From assembly GCA_964542055.1 (NCBI GenBank), contig CAZITB010000001.1, positions 1 through 55,158 of the forward strand: 55,158 nt of DNA, read 5' to 3'. A program made the translations under genes and the position numbers. This document shows positions 25,231-33,719 of this stretch, piece after piece; position 1 is the stretch's first letter, and each line of letters opens with the position of its first letter. The notes under the pieces are model-generated. The model was not told the origin of the DNA. It was given only the letters and a program-made list of their open reading frames with translations, and did no database searches. Origin of the DNA: an uncultured Candidatus Kuenenia sp. Lineage in GTDB: Bacteria; Planctomycetota; Phycisphaerae; Sedimentisphaerales; CAMDDF01.

Positions 25231-27936
25231 TCAACGACAAACCCGGAACCCGATTACCTGAGACATGACATAAGGGTAGCTCAAACCAATGGTGGAGATT
25301 TTGTAGCCGTAGCCGTACCAGCAGTCTCCTAAATGAGCGAATTTGACGTCAAAGACAGAACTGGTCCATTCTGTAATATTACCGGCCATATCTGCCAAAC
25401 CATGGCCAAAGGTGCCAAAATACCCAACCTCGCTGGTTCCATGCTCGACCCAGGGATGATACAACAGGTCATTGGGAGCAGTTCCATCATAGCCATTTGC
25501 ACGGTAATTTGCCAGGAACCTTTCGTTATCATAGAGTGCGTTTCCAGTTGCATAGACCCTGCCATCATTATAGTCGGCCACCGCCTGCCATTCCGGTTGA
25601 GTCGGCAAACGCCAGCCATAATAACTGGCAAAAGCCGTCGCCCCGTACCAGCTGACATAAGTAACCGGATGGCTGCCAAAGCCGCTCTCCACGCGAAATC
25701 TACCGTCACTGTAATTGATTCGCGATCTGCCGCCATTTACGGCTCCAGCCTCAGTCAAACCCGGTCCATCCAGACGATAATAATTCTGACCCGAATAAAG
25801 CCCGCTGTTACCTTTGATATAATTGCCCTCTAAAACAATGTCACCCGATGCCAGAGCGGCATTCAGATATTGCGAAAATTCTGTGTTACTGATCTCATAT
25901 TTGCTCATCTTACCGTTAAAACCACTATCTGCAATATCAACCCATACCAGTATCGGTTGCGTCAGAGGTTCAGGCACATCAAAGCCTGCCTGCCAGTAGG
26001 AGGCAAGAATCGCCATATCCGCCAAAGCGACCATGCCGTCACAGTTTAAATCTGCTCCCGCCAAATCCCCTGAAGATAGCGCCCAATTAGCAGCAATAAT
26101 ACTTAAATCATCAAAACTGACTCGCCCCGATCCGGTTATGTCCGCTGGCAAGAACTCATAGGCTCCCATATCCACAACCGGTGCCGTTCCATTGCCCGAA
26201 TCCATCTTACACATATCATCGATAAACCGCGGCCACCCGTTCAAATCGGTCGTTGTGCCCGCCGTCACAGAGGAATTATTTCCTGCATCGATGCAAGGCG
26301 ATCCGAAAGACAGCCATAAATTCCCACCGGCCGCATCGACAAACAGCGGATCGGCATTGATATTGCCCGTGCCTGTATAACCGCCCTGCACATTACTGTA
26401 GATAACGTTGGGACTGCTGTTAACGTTGTATATCTGACCGCTGCTGTTGGCCCAGAAAATACTGTTGCTAACGGTCGAATTGCAATTTTCCAGATTGAAT
26501 ATCGCACCCCCATCTGCAGCAGTATTCTGGCTGAACGTGCAGTTGCTAATGGTTGGCTGGCTGTAATAGTAATTATAGATCGCCCCGCCTTTGTCAACGG
26601 TCGTATTTCCCTGGAAGATACAGTTGACCATTTTGGCAGGGGTAGCAACCGAGTTTACCATTGCACCGCCCCCGCCGGGTGCAGAATTGCCGGTGAACAT
26701 GCTGTCGGTTATTACAGGGCTGCTGTAATGACGGCTGTACATCCCGCCGCCGGTAGTGGTTGCTTTATTGCTGTTAAAGCTGCAACGGGACACCTTTGGG
26801 CTGCTCTGGTAGTTATACATCCCGCCGCCAGCTGCGCCGGAGCTGTTATTTTTAAAGATACAGCCGTTCACCGCCGGGCTGCTGTTCAAGTTGTACATCC
26901 CGCCGCCGTCATAAGCTGTGTTCGCCGCGAAGATGCAATTGCTCACCGTCGGGCTGCTCTGTTTGTTGTACATTCCCCCGCCGATTTTATCGATATCATA
27001 ACCATCGGAACTGCCCCCCGTAATGGTAAAGCCATCAATAACGGTATCAGCACCTTCTCCGCTGACACACTGGACAGTATAGGCGAGCTTTTTCACCACA
27101 ATATTATCAAAGTATGTTCCCTCATTACCCCAGCAGAACAATGCCGCCGAGCCGCCGGAAAACGTAGAATCGATGGCTGACAGGATTGGGTAATCGTTGA
27201 TCAAAGCCTGCAGATACGCTCCCGACACGACGATCTTTATGTTATAGGTCATGTTAATTTCGTAGGCGCCATTGGAATGAGCCAGAACTGTAAACACTCC
27301 GTTTTGCATTCTGGAAAGCTGTAGGCGCCCGACTCCCTGATTGTGGTTCTCTCTGAGCCAGCATAAACGATAATAATTATTTTCATCCTGATATCGGAAC
27401 ATCACACCCATCGCGTCGTCATCAGCCGACATCATCGTAAAAGTCAGAGCATAATTATCCCACGACATCGCTTGCGTATCGTCCCACACAGCAAAGGTTC
27501 CAAGCATTTTGGGATCCGTCAAAGGGCTGTTGTGAATATTGCTTTCCTGCACAAACCGCCCCGACAGTACCTTCCAATCGCTGGGTCCATTGGCGTTACC
27601 CTGATCGACAATCCTCCATCCGTCATAGTTTCCGTCACTGAAGTCATCATTCAACAGAATCACTGGCTCTGAGCCGTCGATAATGGTTACCTGGGGCCCG
27701 TGACTGCTGTATAAACGCACTTGCTTGCCGAGTAAGTTGACCTTCTCAAAATAAGTACCAGGGGCAACCTCAATCTCATCACCGCTGTTGGCGATGTCAA
27801 TGGCCGCTTGAATACTGTTGAAATTATAACCAGCGTGGGGCCCCACTGTGATCTTTGCTCCTTGGCAGGTACCTGATAGGTATGCAGTAAAAACAAAACA
27901 AAGAATCAGGACTAACTTTAACCGCTCCATAAACAC
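25231..27936 (-). CDS. secreted multidomain protein: beta-helix with inserted LamG/DUF1080-like domain, dockerin-like repeats, C-terminal FGE-sulfatase-like domain
   Basis: Signal peptide, then repeated GGGMYN/GGAIYN-type beta-helix turns. A jelly-roll-like insert spans aa ~93-285. Two DxxxxGxxxxxD dockerin-like repeats follow (ADITGSGRVSFDD, ADLNCDGMVALAD). The C-terminal FGE-like motifs are PVTYVSWYGATAF, WRLPTQPEW, GNITEWT and GFRVCR. Confidence 0.8.
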   Translation of the reverse strand: MFMERLKLVLILCFVFTAYLSGTCQGAKITVGPHAGYNFNSIQAAIDIANSGDEIEVAPGTYFEKVNLLGKQVRLYSSHGPQVTIIDGSEPVILLNDDFSDGNYDGWRIVDQGNANGPSDWKVLSGRFVQESNIHNSPLTDPKMLGTFAVWDDTQAMSWDNYALTFTMMSADDDAMGVMFRYQDENNYYRLCWLRENHNQGVGRLQLSRMQNGVFTVLAHSNGAYEINMTYNIKIVVSGAYLQALINDYPILSAIDSTFSGGSAALFCWGNEGTYFDNIVVKKLAYTVQCVSGEGADTVIDGFTITGGSSDGYDIDKIGGGMYNKQSSPTVSNCIFAANTAYDGGGMYNLNSSPAVNGCIFKNNSSGAAGGGMYNYQSSPKVSRCSFNSNKATTTGGGMYSRHYSSPVITDSMFTGNSAPGGGGAMVNSVATPAKMVNCIFQGNTTVDKGGAIYNYYYSQPTISNCTFSQNTAADGGAIFNLENCNSTVSNSIFWANSSGQIYNVNSSPNVIYSNVQGGYTGTGNINADPLFVDAAGGNLWLSFGSPCIDAGNNSSVTAGTTTDLNGWPRFIDDMCKMDSGNGTAPVVDMGAYEFLPADITGSGRVSFDDLSIIAANWALSSGDLAGADLNCDGMVALADMAILASYWQAGFDVPEPLTQPILVWVDIADSGFNGKMSKYEISNTEFSQYLNAALASGDIVLEGNYIKGNSGLYSGQNYYRLDGPGLTEAGAVNGGRSRINYSDGRFRVESGFGSHPVTYVSWYGATAFASYYGWRLPTQPEWQAVADYNDGRVYATGNALYDNERFLANYRANGYDGTAPNDLLYHPWVEHGTSEVGYFGTFGHGLADMAGNITEWTSSVFDVKFAHLGDCWYGYGYKISTIGLSYPYVMSQVIGFRVCR

Positions 27937-28043
27937 CTCTCTCTTTCAGATGACCGCTTGAGTCTATTTTCCCTGTCTCCGGCAGGAACAGTAGTATTGT
28001 ACAATAATAATACTTAAAAGATATATTTATAATTTATTTTTAT

Positions 28044-28125
28044 CAGCCACCCGCGGGCACCCACGGGGTGATTGACTATTAACTATTGACTATTAACTAT
28101 TGAGTATTGACTATTCCTATTGATT
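28044..28125 (+). repeat. module B repeat preceded by a CCCGCGGG palindrome
   Basis: After the palindrome comes the hairpin CACCCACGGGGTG. The heptads parse as ATTGACT ATTAACT ATTGACT ATTAACT ATTGAGT ATTGACT ATTCCT ATTGATT. The array abuts the 3' end of the IS256 remnant. Confidence 0.6.
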
Positions 28126-28530
28126 AAGCAACATTTTTTCTGTAAAAATTCTTTTTGTCTGATCTGACGGATTCGTTTTCGTTCTCTGTTTCCGCGTTCA
28201 TATTCAAATATCTTTTCCCAGCCATTCTTCGCTGATTTCCATCTCAATGGCACTTACCAGTCTCAGCAGTGATGCCTCATTTGGAAACATTCTTGCAACC
28301 CTCGTTCTTCGGTTAATTTCCTAGTGAAGCCTTTCCAACGGATTGCTCGTTCTCATCCGCCTTCTGTGCTTCTGAGGAGATTCAAAAACCGTCAATCCTT
28401 CTGGCAGATTTTCTTCCATCCATTCGGATAACACAGGTGCAGACTCAGCATATTTCTCAGTATAATATTTCAGCCTTGCCTGGGCCAACTGGCCATTAGG
28501 AGCGGCAAAAATGTTTTTCTTTTTACCCAT
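28126..28530 (-). mobile_element. IS256-family (Mutator-like) transposase remnant, C-terminal part only, with an in-frame stop and a frameshift
   Basis: The translation reads ...YAESAPVLSEWMEENLPEGLTVFESPQKHRRRMRTSNPLERLH*EINRRTRVARMFPNEASLLRLVSAIEMEISEEW. The in-frame TAG is at 28321-28323. The frame breaks again near 28204. The N-terminal two thirds of the transposase are absent. Confidence 0.8.
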
Positions 28531-28586
28531 GCGGTTATTTTGTGATTATTCATAAACAAAAAATCAGTGTCATCAGAGAAATCAGC

Positions 28587-28659
28587 GTCTAATAATCAAT
28601 AGTCATTAGTGTTAAATAAAGAAGATAAAATCTGTGCACATCTGTGTTCATCAGTGGCT
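28587..28659 (-). repeat. inverted partial copy of modules B and A
   Basis: The reverse complement reads AGCCACTGATGAACACAGATGTGCACAGAT...ACTAATGACTATTGATTATTAGAC, resembling 24942-25002. Confidence 0.45.
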
Positions 28660-29115
28660 TTAGACTGATCAAAAAATTTCTTAAAAATTTTTGAAAAAAA
28701 ACTTGCCGCCTGTTTTTGTACCAAAACTGCAAAATGGCTCAAAACTGACCTAAAGTGATACCAAACTGAACAAAACTTGGGGTAAACTCAACTAAACTCG
28801 CCAAAAACCGAGCGAAACTGACAATTTCCAAAACGCCTCTTCCCAAGACATAAACCCCTTAGGATTATACACTTACAATCTCCCAGGCAAAAAGTCTTAA
28901 AAACTTAGTGTCCTGTTTGGCCTTGCAGATTTGGTACAATTTCGACCATTCACGCAAGTACAAATGAGCCGAACTTGACCGGCCAATGCTTTCAAAAATC
29001 GCCCAATCCACAAGTCGAACAGGGCGCTAATTTAAATCTTTTCAATTGACAAGTTTGCAGGTTTGTAGAAAATGTTCCTTTTTATATACTACTTATCTTT
29101 TTAAGGATCGATGAT

Positions 29116-29256
29116 ATGGGCAAATATACAAAAGCAGTTTTACTGACATTGATTTTAACAGTGATGACGGTCGTTTTTTGCGGATGCAATACGATGGAAG
29201 GTCTGGGACAGGATATACAGGCGACTGGCAGAGCCTTGGAAGATGCTGCTGATTAG
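29116..29256 (+). CDS. entericidin A/B-family small lipoprotein (46 aa, absent from the ORF track)
   Basis: Hand translation gives MGKYTKAVLLTLILTVMTVVFCGCNTMEGLGQDIQATGRALEDAAD. It has a signal/lipobox-like FCGC and the family core CNTxxGxGxDIxxxG. Its stop overlaps the convergent transporter stop. Confidence 0.7.
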   Translation: MGKYTKAVLLTLILTVMTVVFCGCNTMEGLGQDIQATGRALEDAAD

Positions 29257-30215
29257 GCAACTACCATGTTCCACAAAGCCAGTGAAAGCGGGACAGTTAT
29301 AATTGACAGCCCGTAACAAATAAGGGTTATCGAACTTATCTTTTCTTCTTCGCCGCCGTAATGCTTTACCTGCATCAGGTTGGCAGTGGCTGGTGCGACG
29401 GCTGCCTCCAGAACTAAAAAGCTGCAAAGCATGGGATAGTTGTCATTCAAACCGGAAAAGTACAAGACGACTATAGTTACTACCGGAAGGATCACCAGTT
29501 TAACCAGGCTTACCTTTAGACCATCATATAAATATTTTCCTATCCGCATACTTACACTGCCAAGCATACCGCCAAGAATAAATATCGCAATTGGAACAGC
29601 CGCCCTGCCTAACAGGTTTACACTTTCCAGGGCTATAGGGGGTATGAATCTTCGCAATTCAGTAAATACCAGCAAAATAGCAGTAACGCTTGCAATAAGA
29701 GGTGGGGTCTTTAGAACCGAAAATGAAAATCCCTGTCCTTTTGATTCTGTGATGAAATACTTTCCCACCGACCATACTATCGGATTGACTCCGAGGAAAA
29801 ATAAAAAGCAGTAAAGATTGAATGTTTCCACCCGCTCGGAAAAGAGAACCGCTCCCAGGGGCAGAATGAAATAGCCTGCATTTTGCATACTGGTCAGTGA
29901 GAGCATGTTCTTTTTTGCGGGAAGTTCACGAATGAATAGCAGTGCTCCAAACCCTATGCCCACGGCCATCATTAAAATCGCGGATATCGGCAGCAAAGGC
30001 CAGATTCTCAGTTCGGAAGCATCGAAATTTTTTACGATGTTAGAGAATATCAAACATGGTAAAAATATCTTGACCACCGATGAAGCCATACCTTTGAGTA
30101 TATCCTGGCTTATATAATTTTTGCGAACCAGTAAACCGGCAGCAATTATTATGAAAAAAATTTTCAAAACTGCTAAAAATGTTACCCAAAAACTTGTGAA
30201 AAAAATCTCTTGCAT
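29253..30215 (-). CDS. AEC (auxin efflux carrier) family membrane transporter
   Basis: 320 aa, about 10 hydrophobic segments, and an N-terminus typical of the family (KIFFIIIAAGLLVRKNYISQD). Confidence 0.75.
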   Translation of the reverse strand: MQEIFFTSFWVTFLAVLKIFFIIIAAGLLVRKNYISQDILKGMASSVVKIFLPCLIFSNIVKNFDASELRIWPLLPISAILMMAVGIGFGALLFIRELPAKKNMLSLTSMQNAGYFILPLGAVLFSERVETFNLYCFLFFLGVNPIVWSVGKYFITESKGQGFSFSVLKTPPLIASVTAILLVFTELRRFIPPIALESVNLLGRAAVPIAIFILGGMLGSVSMRIGKYLYDGLKVSLVKLVILPVVTIVVLYFSGLNDNYPMLCSFLVLEAAVAPATANLMQVKHYGGEEEKISSITLICYGLSIITVPLSLALWNMVVA

Positions 30216-30503
30216 ATAAATACCTTATCTGGGCTCAAAAGCCAAAAGCTTACAACATCTTGTGGCAAAAGAAAATCTTTTTTTATAAAGTTAAACAAAG
30301 CTTATTGAATTTGATATATATTTTTTTCGGAAAATAAACTCAATTAAGCAACAAAAAAAGGCAATTTTATCGGACATCGATTTTAAACTCTTGTTAAATA
30401 TGATTTTACATGCTTGAGAAATCCGTTCAAGAAAATTTTCGGTTTATGCCGATATCGAAATTAATGCAAAAGAGAAGTTAAACTTAAATAAGAGGATTTT
30501 GAA

Positions 30504-30911
30504 ATGGTAACAAGCACAATCATCGAAACGAACTCTTCTAACAAAACTATGGAAGCGGCACAGGAGATGGCAAGCGATAATAAGTATTCTGCCATTAAAG
30601 AAGTTTCGAAAAAACCCGAAGTTGAAGCATCACTTTCTAAGAAAAGAGGCAGAGATTACAACAGCGGAATGGATTTGCTTGAAATGGATTTCATTCTCAG
30701 TGTTGTTGAAGAAACATCTGGCGAAAATGAACATGATGTTAAGATGCGTCAGATGTGTTTTAAGGAAATGCTTCGCAGGGAATCGAGACATGAGATCGCA
30801 AGTGCCGCATTGAAAGTATATGCCACAAACGGCAAGACTTATGGAAAAGATATACAGTGTCAAGCCATGCAGGAGCTGACATTTAGAACGAACCAAAACT
30901 GCAAATCATAA
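30504..30911 (+). CDS. hypothetical protein
   Basis: 135-aa ORF with an AGAGGA RBS and a strong downstream terminator. No recognisable motif. Confidence 0.5.
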   Translation: MVTSTIIETNSSNKTMEAAQEMASDNKYSAIKEVSKKPEVEASLSKKRGRDYNSGMDLLEMDFILSVVEETSGENEHDVKMRQMCFKEMLRRESRHEIASAALKVYATNGKTYGKDIQCQAMQELTFRTNQNCKS

Positions 30912-30965
30912 TAGAGCAAGGATGCTCGTTGAACAACAAGGTTTACGCGGTAAAATGTGCTTGGG

Positions 30966-31000
30966 AGCTGTGAGTAAGGACACTCACAGCTTTCTTTTTT
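30966..31000 (+). terminator. rho-independent terminator
   Basis: Perfect 10-bp stem AGCTGTGAGT/ACTCACAGCT with a 6-nt loop, followed by TTTCTTTTTT. Overlaps the stop of the convergent oxidoreductase gene. Confidence 0.65.
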
Positions 31001-31877
31001 ATTTATTTTTACTACTCAACTGTCTAATAACATCATACAAAGCCTGTGTTCCGTCATCTCCCCTGCCCTGGGCTTGCAGAGACATCATTAATTGCTTTAC
31101 CAATGCGACTCCAGGCAATGGCTGTTTGATCTTGTCTGCGAATTCGAGCACCAGTTTCAGGTCTTTCATTTGCAGATCAACTTTAAAGCCCGGTTTGTAG
31201 TCGCCTTTTGCGACCTTGGGGCCGAAAACCTGCAAAGATTTGCTTCCGCCGGCACCTGCGGTTGTTACTTTCAAAGTAGTATCAAGGTCAAGTCCCATTT
31301 TATGGGCAAGTGCCAGACCCTCTGCCATAGATAAAGTGGTGTGAATAACCATTACCTGATTGACAAGCTTTGTCATTTGGCCGTAGCCGCTTGGTCCGCA
31401 GTAAACTATGTTGCGACCGACGGCATCAAAAACCGGTTTCATTTTTTCGAATGTTTCCTTCGGCCCTCCTACCATTATGGAAAGCTTGGCTTCGATTGCT
31501 CCAATTTCACCGCCGCTGATTGGTGCATCCAGCAAAGTTACGCCGTTACTGTCGAGTATTTGAGCCATTTCCTGCGTCCGGGACGGGCTTATGGTACTTG
31601 TGTCGATACAGATTAGACCTTCTCTGGCAGTTTTGATTACGCCGTTTTCACCCAAAAGGACTTGTTCAACGTCGGGCGTATCAGAAACGCAGGTTATCAC
31701 AATATCCTGATCTCGGGCGCATTCGGCTGGGGTATCTGCCCATTTAGCACCAGCTTCAAGTACAGGCTCTGCCTTTACTTTTGTGCGGTTATGGACCGTT
31801 ACTTCATATCCGGCGTCAAGCAGATTTTCCGCCATCGGCCCTCCCATTATTCCTATGCCAATGAAACCGATCTTCAT
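30999..31877 (-). CDS. NAD(P)-dependent beta-hydroxyacid dehydrogenase (3-hydroxyisobutyrate / tartronate semialdehyde reductase family)
   Basis: N-terminal motif IGFIGIGIMGGPMAENL and family-typical length of 292 aa. Confidence 0.8.
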   Translation of the reverse strand: MKIGFIGIGIMGGPMAENLLDAGYEVTVHNRTKVKAEPVLEAGAKWADTPAECARDQDIVITCVSDTPDVEQVLLGENGVIKTAREGLICIDTSTISPSRTQEMAQILDSNGVTLLDAPISGGEIGAIEAKLSIMVGGPKETFEKMKPVFDAVGRNIVYCGPSGYGQMTKLVNQVMVIHTTLSMAEGLALAHKMGLDLDTTLKVTTAGAGGSKSLQVFGPKVAKGDYKPGFKVDLQMKDLKLVLEFADKIKQPLPGVALVKQLMMSLQAQGRGDDGTQALYDVIRQLSSKNK

Positions 31878-31878
31878 T

Positions 31879-32655
31879 TTACTCGATTCCCAACCGTCTC
31901 AAAGTTGAATTAGCCCATTTGGCTGTGCGTCTTTGAGTTACAAAGAGCAAAATCAATACCACTAACCACCATAAAACAAATCGCATGTAGTAAAGTATGT
32001 TTTCGACAACTGACACGTTTTCTTTATTTAGAACTGCTTGTTTCAGTTCCTCTGGAAGGTAGATTGCTCCAATGGTGACAGGTCCCAAGTACTTTTGCCA
32101 TGGAAATATAAATACCAACAAGAACAAGGACCCGAAAAATGCCTTTGTTATGTGGCTCATTCCGCCAAGTCTTCCGACAAGCGAAACTTTCAGGCACAAC
32201 AGCAATGTCAATGCATAAAGTGCAGCTGCGAGGACCAGTACGAAATTACTTATTTGGATTATTTTAGCGAGATATGCATAATCAATTTTAAAATCAGCGG
32301 GTAAACCCATTTCGTTGTCCTGGGTCTCGGCTTGTTCAAGGTCTTCTACAACTATAACATTTGTGTCTTCGGTTACCTTTTCGACGGCTTTGGCTACGGC
32401 GGAAGCAACCGAATTGGGCTCGGGCTTGTCTTGCTCGGGCAGGGGAACATCAACAATATTCCGGTTTTCTACCGAATCCGGGGTGTCCTGAAATTTAACG
32501 ATGCCAAGGTCTGCCAGCCAAAAGCTTAAACCAAGAAGCACAATTGCCAGAAACATAATTATAAAGAGCAGATTCTTCATAGATTTGCAAACACCTATTG
32601 TTTCAAGACAATCTGTGACATTTACGAAATCTTCATTTTTCTTTTCTTCAGCCAT
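31879..32655 (-). CDS. membrane protein of unknown function
   Basis: Several hydrophobic segments. Start moved to the ATG at 32655, which has an AGGAGA RBS. Abuts the downstream oxidoreductase gene. Confidence 0.55.
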   Translation of the reverse strand: MAEEKKNEDFVNVTDCLETIGVCKSMKNLLFIIMFLAIVLLGLSFWLADLGIVKFQDTPDSVENRNIVDVPLPEQDKPEPNSVASAVAKAVEKVTEDTNVIVVEDLEQAETQDNEMGLPADFKIDYAYLAKIIQISNFVLVLAAALYALTLLLCLKVSLVGRLGGMSHITKAFFGSLFLLVFIFPWQKYLGPVTIGAIYLPEELKQAVLNKENVSVVENILYYMRFVLWWLVVLILLFVTQRRTAKWANSTLRRLGIE

Positions 32656-32843
32656 TTTTATCTCCTGAAAAATTATTTCCAATTGTAGATATAATAAACC
32701 AGCAAAGACCTAAGAGCAAATAAAAAAATTAGTGAAATTCCGGCAAGAATTTTTCCCCGTTTTAAGTAATAACAGAAGCGCCATTAAAATGTATGCAGGA
32801 TTTTTGCAAACGACAACAAAACGGAGGATATTCCATCTCAAAA

Positions 32844-33530
32844 TCAGTCAAGAGATTTTTTTATAACCCCAAATTCCCTTGGATATTCAACCATGGTTTC
32901 AGCGGTTTTGGTCAGTTTGATGATTTTGCATTCGCTCAGTTTAGTTAAACCTTCTCCCAGATGGTAGGGAATTTCACCAGGCAAATTCATGCCCAAATTT
33001 GGAAGCATATTTTTGGTCAATTCAATTTCATGGGTAACTTTTGGCCCTTTCCACGCCAGAATTATCCCTGTCTCTTTTAAGAAACCTGATGCAAGCTCCG
33101 TTATCAAGGCCAGGTGTCCAACCGCCCTTGCGGTTGCGATATCGAATTTACCACGGAACATTTTATCGTGAGCGTATTTTTCAGCGCGGCCATTTAAGAC
33201 CTTAAAATTCTTTAAACCAAGTTTCTCCGCTGCCATTTCTTGAAAACGGGCCTTTTTGCCTGTTGCCTCTATCGAGGTAAATTTCCAGTTCTCAAAAACA
33301 ATGGCAAGAGCGAGCGACGGAAAACCAGCGCCTGAACCGATATCCACCAATTCCGGTTGATAGTCAACTGTTTGCTGGTACTCTTTTAAAATGTCAGTTA
33401 CGATCAACGAATCCTGGAAGTGTCTGACTTGAATTTCCTGAGGATCGGTAATCCTTGTTAAGTTATACTTTTGGTTTTCTTCGATTAGAAGTTTTTGAAG
33501 AATTTGAAATTTTTCTCTATGTTGTTCCAT
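32844..33530 (-). CDS. rsmG: 16S rRNA (guanine527-N7)-methyltransferase
   Basis: GidB/RsmG-like sequence with LVDIGSGAGFPSLALAI and ARAV motifs. 228 aa. Confidence 0.85.
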   Translation of the reverse strand: MEQHREKFQILQKLLIEENQKYNLTRITDPQEIQVRHFQDSLIVTDILKEYQQTVDYQPELVDIGSGAGFPSLALAIVFENWKFTSIEATGKKARFQEMAAEKLGLKNFKVLNGRAEKYAHDKMFRGKFDIATARAVGHLALITELASGFLKETGIILAWKGPKVTHEIELTKNMLPNLGMNLPGEIPYHLGEGLTKLSECKIIKLTKTAETMVEYPREFGVIKKSLD

Positions 33531-33623
33531 TTCATCAAATCATAATCTTCTAAAATCGAAAGTAAAGATTTTTCGCAATCTTTTTACCATCTCCCCAAAT
33601 TTATAATTTGTTAGGTTTAAAAC

Positions 33624-33652
33624 TTGACAAAGAGAATTTGGAATAATAAAAT
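33624..33652 (+). promoter_or_regulatory. candidate sigma70-type promoter (TTGACA - 17 nt - TAAAAT)
   Basis: Consensus -35 at 33624-33629 and -10 at 33647-33652, about 70 nt upstream of the response-regulator gene. Confidence 0.35.
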
Positions 33653-33719
33653 AGGCAAAACCGTTAATATAGGTAACTAAATAACTGTTGTTTATGAGAA
33701 AAGGCGAGGGCAAGGTAAA

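Noticed and set aside
24915-28668. Possible CRISPR array suggested by the clustered short repeats
   Set aside because: The units are 7-10 bp and contiguous, with no 25-40-bp repeats or unique spacers. No cas genes are present in the window.
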